From Longimicrobiales bacterium (GTDB lineage Bacteria; Gemmatimonadota; Gemmatimonadetes; Longimicrobiales; Gaopeijiaceae), in assembly GCA_965221265.1 (NCBI GenBank), contig OZ244873.1, forward strand, positions 74,013 to 138,012: DNA of 64,000 nucleotides. Direction: 5' to 3'. Positions within the stretch are counted from its first letter, which is position 1; each line of letters begins with the position of its first letter. The notes under the pieces are model-generated. The model ran no database searches. It saw only the letters and a program-made list of their open reading frames with translations, and had not been told where the DNA came from. Both the position numbers and the translations under genes were made by a program. Of the stretch, positions 8,731 through 16,242 are shown one piece after another.

Positions 8731-10008
8731 GTGCGAGTCGTTCAGCCCTTCGCCATCTGTCTCTCCCTCTCCATCTTGTCGACAGGTGACGTACGGGCGC
8801 AGATCGGCCAACGCGTATACGCGTGTGAACTGGATCGACGCCCCATTGAGGGCCTGCTCCTAGCTCACCGATCCGCCATGACCGATGCGGAGGCGCCCGT
8901 GGTGTCGTCGGCCCGTTTTGCCCCTGACGGCACCATCGTCGCAGTGGATCAATCGGCCAAACGCGTTTTGATACTTGATTCAGATCTCGACATTGTACGT
9001 GATGTCGGTCGCGCTGGACCTGGGCCTGGCGAATACGACGATCCGGTCGCAGCCGTCATGGATGATCAGGGACGAATATTTGTGGCCGACGGCGCCGGCG
9101 GCGTAACCACCGTGATCGTCTACGATCCAGACGGTTCGTTTGTTAGGCAGGATCAGCTGCCGCTGTATTTGTCCCCGCGCGCGTTGGCCACAGATGGCCA
9201 GTTGGTCTACGTTGCGGGTCAAGCTCTGTTCTTCACCGATCCCCCTCCTGACAACCGACCCTTGCTCGCCGCGTATGATCCCACAACCGGCGAAACTCAA
9301 GTCATGCTTGAACAGGATCCTGATTGGTTTGGCGAGCCGCCAGTGTACCGAAACTCGTTTGTCAACCTCATTCCAAGAGTTGATGCGCTCGGCAATATAT
9401 GTGTGGGATTTGTGGAAGGATACGAGATATGGAAAATCACGGGACCAAATGAATATGACGTGATCCTGCGCGGTTGCGTACCCGAAGGAGCCCTTGCCGT
9501 TTATGAAGCCGATGACGATGACCTGCTAATGGGCCAAGGGTCATCCAGTTTCCCTCCAGGACTTGATCTGAACTTTCGGCCTCCCCGACCTTCATATCAA
9601 ATATTGTCCGATTTCGCCGTGCTCTCGGATGGGTACATTGTTACCCGATCCGTGCTCTATGTTGATGAAGCCGGTAAGCGGAGTATGGAGTTGTTTTCTG
9701 GAGAAGGCACTCTTGAGCGAGCGTGGTCGCTGGGTCCCGGACGGCTGCTGACCGGATGGGGTGTCATGGACGGCAACGATCCATCGCGCCAATTCTCTTG
9801 GAACGCGAACAACGGCACATCCGTACTTGGCCAGTTTCCGTTCATTGACGCCGAAGCGGAAGCAGATCCGGATGCTGCCCCCTCACGGGAACGTGGCGGA
9901 TCCGATGGCAGAGGTAGGGTGATTGGTCTTTGGATCTCGGTCTTGCTTGGAGCGTTGGTCATTCTCGTTGCCGCGGGGGGCGCCCTCCACCGGCGTCGGC
10001 GGCTGTGA
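8731..10008 (+). CDS. NHL-like 6-bladed beta-propeller protein with signal peptide and C-terminal TM anchor; lower-GC (~55%) gene
   Basis: GTG 8731 (or TTG 8725) gives the signal peptide MRVVQPFAICLSLSILSTGDVRA. NHL-like GPGPGEYDDPVAAVMDDQGRIFVAD. C-terminal LWISVLLGALVILVAAGGALHRRRRL. GC is clearly below neighbours. Starts 9-15 bp after the IS256 right end. Confidence 0.65.
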   Translation: MRVVQPFAICLSLSILSTGDVRAQIGQRVYACELDRRPIEGLLLAHRSAMTDAEAPVVSSARFAPDGTIVAVDQSAKRVLILDSDLDIVRDVGRAGPGPGEYDDPVAAVMDDQGRIFVADGAGGVTTVIVYDPDGSFVRQDQLPLYLSPRALATDGQLVYVAGQALFFTDPPPDNRPLLAAYDPTTGETQVMLEQDPDWFGEPPVYRNSFVNLIPRVDALGNICVGFVEGYEIWKITGPNEYDVILRGCVPEGALAVYEADDDDLLMGQGSSSFPPGLDLNFRPPRPSYQILSDFAVLSDGYIVTRSVLYVDEAGKRSMELFSGEGTLERAWSLGPGRLLTGWGVMDGNDPSRQFSWNANNGTSVLGQFPFIDAEAEADPDAAPSRERGGSDGRGRVIGLWISVLLGALVILVAAGGALHRRRRL

Positions 10009-10018
10009 GGAGAGACGG

Positions 10019-11101
10019 ATGGTGAAAGGGGCGACCCCGGCCGTAACCGGACTCGCCATGGCGGGTCTGGTCGTGGCGTGCGCGGATGCGGGAACGGGCG
10101 GCGACATTGCTCTGGTGCCATTCGCCGAGACCACCGTGCCGTTGAGCGAGGGCTCCGCTATTCGCTTGGTGGACGAGCGGACCGTCTGCACAACGGAGTC
10201 GTACGAGTTCCGCGTCCACTGCACGGACGCGCGAGGGTTTCGGATTTCGTCCTTCGGGCGCCAAGGCGAGGGACCGGGGGAGTTTCGTAGTGGCGGCACC
10301 CTCCTTCGCGGACCCGACGGAACAATCGGTGTCGTCGACAGAGATCGAATGTCCATGTTCAGCGTAGCGGGCGCGCTCCTGTCGGAAGTACTTTTACCGG
10401 CAAGGCTAATCAACGGCTCCGCAACGTTTTCGTCGACGCTGACCGGTGGGTGGATGGATCCCGCTCAGGACGGGATGACGTTCCGTCATGCGGAACTGGA
10501 TGTGGCATCGGGGGAGGCCGTGTGGGACAGGGTCTACTCCCGGCGATACGAAACCGACGCTGGGTGCGAGGAGCTGGGCGATTGGCGAGGACTCATTGGA
10601 GGGCGATTCTCCCCGGCGCGAGGCGTGGTTTTTTCGCTATGCCGAGGGCAGCTGTTGTTCTTCGACCATCGCGACACCCCAACCGGTACGCTTGTCCGTG
10701 CCCCGGCGTATGTCCCCGAGCTCCCGAACGAGGAGGAGGTGCGGGCCTACGTGGAGGAAGCGGGCCCGTTCGCGATGGAGGACTGGTATCGGCGCCAACC
10801 CAAGGGGTACTTGCGCGGCGGTCAACTGGCGTTCGATGATGGGAGCAGGCTGTGGGCGCTCACGGACCGCGACCCGGGCGATGGCTTCTCCTACTTGGAT
10901 GTATACGAGGATTCGGCATTCCGAGGTACGATCCGCGTGCGTCACCACGCGCGGGGGATCGACCTGCTCGATTCGACGCTCGTGGTACTCGTCGACCGCC
11001 CGGTCGGGCCCCGCGACGCCGACGGAATCCCGGACCGCGGCATCGACTGGTACGACATCGGCGAACTGGAGTTCGGGGCCTCGCGCATTCCGACTCCGTA
11101 G
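10019..11101 (+). CDS. NHL-repeat lipoprotein, paralog A' (near-identical to paralog A)
   Basis: ATG at 10019 with lipoprotein signal MVKGATPAVTGLAMAGLVVACAD. The 3' ~550 nt are ~98% identical to paralog A; the 5' ~400 nt are ~88% identical. Confidence 0.75.
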   Translation: MVKGATPAVTGLAMAGLVVACADAGTGGDIALVPFAETTVPLSEGSAIRLVDERTVCTTESYEFRVHCTDARGFRISSFGRQGEGPGEFRSGGTLLRGPDGTIGVVDRDRMSMFSVAGALLSEVLLPARLINGSATFSSTLTGGWMDPAQDGMTFRHAELDVASGEAVWDRVYSRRYETDAGCEELGDWRGLIGGRFSPARGVVFSLCRGQLLFFDHRDTPTGTLVRAPAYVPELPNEEEVRAYVEEAGPFAMEDWYRRQPKGYLRGGQLAFDDGSRLWALTDRDPGDGFSYLDVYEDSAFRGTIRVRHHARGIDLLDSTLVVLVDRPVGPRDADGIPDRGIDWYDIGELEFGASRIPTP

Positions 11102-11312
11102 TCGGCGGTGCGTTGGCCAGCCACGCCGGCTCGCGCGGCCCGAGGCGCGAAGTGCCCCCCCAGCATCACCCGATGACCGCTTTGCCCACTCCCCCCGGCC
11201 GGCTTAACCTGTTCCGCACAGCCCGACGGTCGCCCTCGCCCGAGGAACGACCGACACGGCGCAATACCAAGGCCCCGGCTTGCAGCCCCCGGGCCTCCAG
11301 CGACGACGTCAC

Positions 11313-12614
11313 ATGCGGAAATCCATGACCCCAACAGGATCGAGACCACCAGCGTCCGCCCGGCCCGCGCGCTTCGGATCGGGCGCGCGCCTCCACGCCT
11401 CGGCCGCCTGCCTCCTCCTCGCGGCGTGCGCGGCCCCCGACGCCGTCGTCTCCGAGCTCGCTCTGGAGGAAGTGGCCGTGGAGGCCGCCGCCGGGGCACG
11501 CTTCCCCTCCCTCGAGGGCCACGGCGAGGCGGTCGTGCTGAGTTGGCTCGAACCGCACATGGAGGACGGCGAGGAAGTGTGGGCGCTGAAGGGCGCCCGC
11601 TATGACGACGGCGCGCTGGACAAGCCCTTCGAGGTGACCCGCTCGGGCGGCGACGTCTCGTTTTTCGTGAACTGGGCCGACTTCGCGGTGGTGTGGCCCG
11701 TGGGCGAGGGACGGCTGGCCGCGCACTGGCTCCGGCGGGGCGGGTCGTCCACCTACGACTACGGGGTGCGGGTCGCCTTCTCGGACGACGGCGGGCACTC
11801 GTGGAGCGAACCGTGGACGCCGCACGAGGACGCCACGCCCTCCGAGCACGGGTTCGTGTCGATGTTCGGGCTGGGAGGCGGGAAAGCGGGGATGGTGTGG
11901 CTGGATGGCCGCCGCTTCTTCGAGGCGGATGGCTCGCGCGCGGCCCACCCCCGCATGACCCTGCGCTATCGGACGGCCGGCGCGGATGGGACCGTGACCG
12001 CCGAGGTCGAGCTCGACGACCGCATCTGCGACTGCTGCCAGACCGACGCGGCCATGACCTCCGGCGGGCCCATCGTGGTCTACCGCGACCGCACCGCGGA
12101 CGAGGTGCGCGACATCTCGGCGGGGCGTTTCGTGGACGGGAAGTGGACGGGCGGGGCCCCCGTGCACGACGACGGCTGGGTGATCCCGGGCTGCCCGGTG
12201 AACGGTCCTTCCGTGGCGGCCGTCGGCGATGCGGTGGTGGTGGCGTGGTTCACCGGCGCCAACGACACGCCCAAGGTGCGGGCCGCCTTCTCCCGGGACG
12301 CGGGCGCGACCTTCGGCCCGCCCGTCACGCTCGACCTGGGCAGCCCGGTGGGGCGGGTCGCGGCGGTGATGCCCGAACCCGAGACGGCGCTGGTGACGTG
12401 GCTGGAGGACGGACGCCTGCTCGTGCGCGCCGTCACATCCGACGGGCACCTCGGTCGGGTGCGCCAGGTGGCCACCTCGTCCGACGCGCGCGCCAGCGGC
12501 TTCCCGGCCATGATCGTGGACGCCGCGGACCGCGTGGTCTTCGCGCAAACGGTGGTCGACGAGGGCATCCGCGTGCTGCGGTCGCGGGAACCGTGGACGG
12601 CTTTGCGCGATTGA
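11313..12614 (+). CDS. BNR/Asp-box repeat (sialidase-like, exo-alpha-sialidase fold) lipoprotein
   Basis: Asp-box SDDGGHSW. Signal/lipobox ACLLLAACAAP. Start ATG 11313 (alternative 11325). Confidence 0.7.
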   Translation: MRKSMTPTGSRPPASARPARFGSGARLHASAACLLLAACAAPDAVVSELALEEVAVEAAAGARFPSLEGHGEAVVLSWLEPHMEDGEEVWALKGARYDDGALDKPFEVTRSGGDVSFFVNWADFAVVWPVGEGRLAAHWLRRGGSSTYDYGVRVAFSDDGGHSWSEPWTPHEDATPSEHGFVSMFGLGGGKAGMVWLDGRRFFEADGSRAAHPRMTLRYRTAGADGTVTAEVELDDRICDCCQTDAAMTSGGPIVVYRDRTADEVRDISAGRFVDGKWTGGAPVHDDGWVIPGCPVNGPSVAAVGDAVVVAWFTGANDTPKVRAAFSRDAGATFGPPVTLDLGSPVGRVAAVMPEPETALVTWLEDGRLLVRAVTSDGHLGRVRQVATSSDARASGFPAMIVDAADRVVFAQTVVDEGIRVLRSREPWTALRD

Positions 12615-12647
12615 TGACGCGCGACCCCGCAAGGGTGCGGGCCAGCA

Positions 12648-12762
12648 GTCCGTGGACGAATCCGCCCGAGCACCGAGAGCGGCGGTGCGCCGGGCTGGCA
12701 GGGCGCCTTGAAGGCTCGGGTGCAGCGTTACCGGAACGAAGGGCAACGCCGAGCTTAGCGAA
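12648..12762 (+). repeat. REP/MITE-like intergenic repeat, full copy (~115 bp)
   Basis: gtccgtggacgaatccgcccgagcaccgagagcggcggtgcgccgggctggcagggcgccttgaaggctcgggtgcagcg... The same element occurs in inverse orientation at 17878-17990, and partially at the other sites listed below. Confidence 0.7.
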
Positions 12763-12821
12763 CCAGCGCGGATGCCACACCGCTCGAGTGCCGGGGGGAG
12801 TTCGTCCGCGGGCGGCTCCAA

Positions 12822-12882
12822 GTCCGTGGACGACTCCGCCCGAACACCGAGAGCGGCGGTGCGCCGGGCTGGCAGGGCGCCT
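12822..12882 (+). repeat. REP-like repeat, partial second copy (5' half)
   Basis: gtccgtggacgactccgcccgaacaccgagagcggcggtgcgccgggctggcagggcgcct, about 93% identical to 12648-12708. Confidence 0.7.
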
Positions 12883-12966
12883 CACGCCCTCGCGCAACCC
12901 TACCGGAAGACCATCCTGACCAACCAGCCATTCGGTTCGGCGGGGGCGTTCTGGGCGCTGGCGCTC

Positions 12967-13302
12967 GTGTGGCTGCCGGCGGGCATCGTGGCCGTCTCGC
13001 TCGCCCGCGGCGTGGCCCCCCCGATCACGCCGGAGACGGTGGCGATGCTCCCCGAGGCGCTCCGGTCGCTGGCGGTCACCGCCCCCTTCGGGCTGCCGCT
13101 GGCCCTGGCCTTCCGCGCGATCCGGCGCACGGGCTCCACGCGCGCGGCGTGGACGACGTTCGCGATCCTCGCACCCCTCACATCGTTGGGGGCGCTGGTG
13201 GCCGGCCTGCTTGGTCCGATCGCGATCGCGGTGTGCGCGGCCGTTCTGAGCGCGCCCGCGTGGATCGTGTACGCGGTCGTGCGACGGAACCCGCGATCAT
13301 GA
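12967..13302 (+). CDS. hypothetical small membrane protein
   Basis: Three predicted TM helices in the C-terminal part of ORF 12772..13302. Start is a guess (GTG 12967 or ATG 13045). No recognisable family. Confidence 0.3.
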   Translation: MWLPAGIVAVSLARGVAPPITPETVAMLPEALRSLAVTAPFGLPLALAFRAIRRTGSTRAAWTTFAILAPLTSLGALVAGLLGPIAIAVCAAVLSAPAWIVYAVVRRNPRS

Positions 13303-13548
13303 CCCGGGCTCGCGCCGGCGCGGCGGCGCTTCGTCGCGCGGCGCTTCGATGGTCCCCGCGCAGTAGCTGACGATGCCCGGGAGCCCGCGGCATCGGATGT
13401 CCTCCGTGCGCTCGCGAGCCTCGACGGTATCGAGGTAGACCGTCTTCGTCCGGCTGTACCCGAAGGCCGCCGGGAAATGGAACAAGCCGCTGAGACCGAC
13501 AAAGAGGTAGAACAGTACGCCGAGCGCGATCATCCCCTTCATTTTCAT
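13297..13548 (-). CDS. hypothetical small membrane-anchored protein
   Basis: ATG start with N-terminal TM helix MKMKGMIALGVLFYLFVGLSGLF. Convergent with the previous gene. No family recognised. Confidence 0.3.
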   Translation of the reverse strand: MKMKGMIALGVLFYLFVGLSGLFHFPAAFGYSRTKTVYLDTVEARERTEDIRCRGLPGIVSYCAGTIEAPRDEAPPRRREPGS

Positions 13549-13577
13549 CGGGTGCCGTCCTCGTCCGGAGCTCGCTG

Positions 13578-13630
13578 TCGTGGATGAATCCGCCCGGGCA
13601 CCGGGGCGGGATGCGCCGGGATTGCAGTGG
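13578..13630 (+). repeat. REP-like repeat, partial copy
   Basis: gtggatgaatccgcccgggcaccggggcggg matches the repeat core. Confidence 0.5.
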
Positions 13631-13688
13631 GCACGTCCTCGTTCGGAAACCGGGCGCTACCGGGAGCGCGTGCCGTGGAGCGGCCCGG

Positions 13689-15122
13689 CTATCGACCCGC
13701 CCAACTCATGACAACGCGCCGCAACTCCCCCAAAGTGGGCGGAATTCGGGTGACGCGCGAGGACCGGGTCGCTCCCGCGGCCAGTCGCACGGGCACGGGA
13801 ACGGGTCCCCCGATGGCCTCCTCCACGACGTCGCCGAACTTGGCCGGATGGGCCGTGGCCAGCACCACGCCACGGGCATCCGGATCCTTGGCCAGAGCCC
13901 GCTCCAACGCCAGCCATCCGACCGCGGTGTGGGGATCCATGATGTAGCCATGCTCTTCGAAAGCTCGCCGCATCGCCCCCCGGGTGTCCGCGTCGCTCCA
14001 CGCCGAGCCCGACAGGCACCCGCGCAACCGGGCCAGGTCGCCATCGAAGAGGGCGAGGATGCGCGCGAGGTTCGACGGCGCCCCCACGTCCATCGCACTT
14101 GAGAGCGTGCGCACCGAGGCGCGCGGGGCGTAGTGGCCGGTACGCAGGTACTCCGGCACGACGTCGTTGGCGTTGGTGGCCGTGACGAACCGCACCGCGG
14201 GCAGACCCAGCGCGCGGGCCATGAGGCCGGCCGCCAAGTTGCCGAAGTTGCCGGACGGCACCGAGAAGATGAGCGGCGCGCGAGCGTTGGGGCGCTCCAC
14301 GGGACTCGGGGGCGCGCCGGGATCCGGCCGGGACGCGACACCGGCGGCGGCACCCGCGGGATTGCCGGCCACGGGACTCGGCGGCGCGCCACGGTCCGGC
14401 CGGGTGGGCGTTTGGCCGGCAAGGTGCGCCCAGGCGTGAACGTAGTAGAAGATCTGCGGCAGCAGGCGCCCGATGTTGATCGAGTTCGCGGACGTCAGCG
14501 CGAGGGCCTCCCGCGCGTCCGCATCGCGGAACATCGCCTTCACGAGCCGTTGGCAGTCGTCGAACGCGCCCGCCACCGACACCGCGAGCACCTGGTCGCC
14601 CAGCGTCGTGAACTGCCGTCGCTGGCGCTCACTCACCTGGCCCTCCGGAAAGAGCACCACGACGCGCGTGCCGGGCAGACCCAGAAAGGCGTGCGCCACC
14701 GCCCCGCCGGTGTCGCCCGAGGTGGCCACCATGACCGTGAGCGCGGGCCCGGAGCGACGCAGCCCCGACATGAGGCGGGCCATGAAGCGCGCCCCCACAT
14801 CCTTGAACGCGAGCGTGGGACCGTGGAAGAGCTCCAGCACGCGCGCGCGCGCGCCTAGCGGAACCAACGGCAGCGGGAATCCGAGCGCCTCCCGCACCGC
14901 GGACTCAAGCAGCGAGTCATCCAGCTCGTCGCCGAGAAGATGACGGGCCACGGCCAGCCCGCAACGGACGGGGTCGGCGCCCCGCAGCGCATCGATTTCG
15001 GTCGCGGAAAGAGGCGTGAGACGCTCCGGCGTGAAGAGGCCGCCATCGGGCGCGAGCCCGCTGAAGAGCGCTTCGCGGAAGGAGACGGGCCCGGCGCGCC
15101 CCTCCGTGCTGACGAGTCTCAC
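13689..15122 (-). CDS. thrC: threonine synthase
   Basis: PLP-binding region FKDVGARFMA and SGNFGNLAAG. GTG start overlaps the thrB stop (GTGA). Contains an unusual Pro-rich insertion with an internal direct repeat. Confidence 0.9.
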   Translation of the reverse strand: MRLVSTEGRAGPVSFREALFSGLAPDGGLFTPERLTPLSATEIDALRGADPVRCGLAVARHLLGDELDDSLLESAVREALGFPLPLVPLGARARVLELFHGPTLAFKDVGARFMARLMSGLRRSGPALTVMVATSGDTGGAVAHAFLGLPGTRVVVLFPEGQVSERQRRQFTTLGDQVLAVSVAGAFDDCQRLVKAMFRDADAREALALTSANSINIGRLLPQIFYYVHAWAHLAGQTPTRPDRGAPPSPVAGNPAGAAAGVASRPDPGAPPSPVERPNARAPLIFSVPSGNFGNLAAGLMARALGLPAVRFVTATNANDVVPEYLRTGHYAPRASVRTLSSAMDVGAPSNLARILALFDGDLARLRGCLSGSAWSDADTRGAMRRAFEEHGYIMDPHTAVGWLALERALAKDPDARGVVLATAHPAKFGDVVEEAIGGPVPVPVRLAAGATRSSRVTRIPPTLGELRRVVMSWAGR

Positions 15123-16102
15123 GCCCCCTCCCCTCCGACGTCCTCGACGCGCGCGCCCCTGCGGTTGACGGGCGAGACGAAGGCGTCGCACTCGAGCGCG
15201 GCGGTCTCCTCGAATACCTGGCGGATGCCCGCGGCGACGGCTTCGGCCACGGCGCGTCCCCGGCACAGCGCGAAGACGGAGGGCCCGGACCCGGAGATGG
15301 AGAGCCCGAGCGCGCCGCGCGCGAGCGCCTCCTCCCGGGCTTGCGCGAACCCGGGGATGCGCCCGGCGCGCACCGGCTCCGCGACGACATCGTGGAGGGA
15401 GCGCGAAATGAGGTCCCAGTCGGACGCGTGCAGTCCGGCGACGAAGGCGGCGGTGTTGGCCCACTGGGTGACGGCGGCCTTCAGGGGCACGTGTTCGCCC
15501 AAGGCGCGACGGGCGTCCTCGGTGCGGATGCGCAGGTGCGGGCGGACCACTACCGCCCACAGTCCCGCCGGAATGGGAAGCTCCACCACGTGCGGCGACC
15601 GTCCCGGCAGGACCAGCACGATGCCGCCGTACAGGGCCGGGGCGACGTTGTCGGCGGCGGGCGATCCCGACCCCGCCAGCTCGCCGGCGACCGCGCACCG
15701 GAGTAGTTGGCTCCGCGAGAGACCCGCCCCGGTCACCCGGTCGGCCGCGACCGCTCCCGCCACCGCGCTCGACGCGCTGCCACCCATCCCACCGGCCAAC
15801 GGGATGGCCTTGTGAAGTTCGAGCGCCACCCCGGCGGAATGGGCGTCCGCCACCTCCAGCACGGCCCGGGCGGCCGCCCCGGCGCTGTTGCGGGCGGCGT
15901 CCGTCGGGATGGGCCCCACGTCGCCGGTGACGCGCGTGATGGTCACGCCCGGGTGGGAGGCCGCGCGCGCGACCACCACGTCGCGGGGCCGCTCGATGGC
16001 CATGCCGAAGACGTCGAACCCGCACGCGATGTTGCCGATGGTGGCCGGCGCGGAGACGCGCACGGCGGCCGGGCCGCCGGGACGGCGCGTCTCCCCGGTC
16101 AT
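15119..16102 (-). CDS. thrB: homoserine kinase
   Basis: GHMP-kinase motif PLAGGMGGSASSAVAG; N-terminal NIACGFDVFG. Immediately upstream of thrC. Confidence 0.9.
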   Translation of the reverse strand: MTGETRRPGGPAAVRVSAPATIGNIACGFDVFGMAIERPRDVVVARAASHPGVTITRVTGDVGPIPTDAARNSAGAAARAVLEVADAHSAGVALELHKAIPLAGGMGGSASSAVAGAVAADRVTGAGLSRSQLLRCAVAGELAGSGSPAADNVAPALYGGIVLVLPGRSPHVVELPIPAGLWAVVVRPHLRIRTEDARRALGEHVPLKAAVTQWANTAAFVAGLHASDWDLISRSLHDVVAEPVRAGRIPGFAQAREEALARGALGLSISGSGPSVFALCRGRAVAEAVAAGIRQVFEETAALECDAFVSPVNRRGARVEDVGGEGA

Positions 16103-16240
16103 TCTTCCACCTCGCCGGTCATTTTTCCACCGCCGGTCATCCCTCCGCCTCGCCGGTCACTTTTCCGCCGCCGGTCATCCTGCCGCCTCGCCGGTCATCC
16201 TGCCGCCTCGCCCATCACCCTTCCGCCTCGCCCGTCATCC
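16096..16240. repeat. 20-bp tandem repeat (7-8 units; consensus CCGGTCATCCTGCCGCCTCG on the + strand) between the oxidoreductase stop and the thrB start
   Basis: On the coding (minus) strand each unit is ATGACCGGCGAGGCGGCAGG and ends in ...GGATGA. This gives serial overlapping 7-aa mini-ORFs (MTGEAAG*), the last of which is the thrB start MTGETRR. Confidence 0.85.
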
Positions 16241-16242
16241 AT

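Noticed and set aside
11166-12821. ORF 11166..12821 (-), 551 aa, and ORF 11693..12919 (+), 408 aa
   Set aside because: Both overlap the BNR/sialidase-like gene in other frames, with Arg/Gly/Pro low-complexity composition. GC artefacts; the 3' part of the + ORF is simply read-through of the REP-like repeats.
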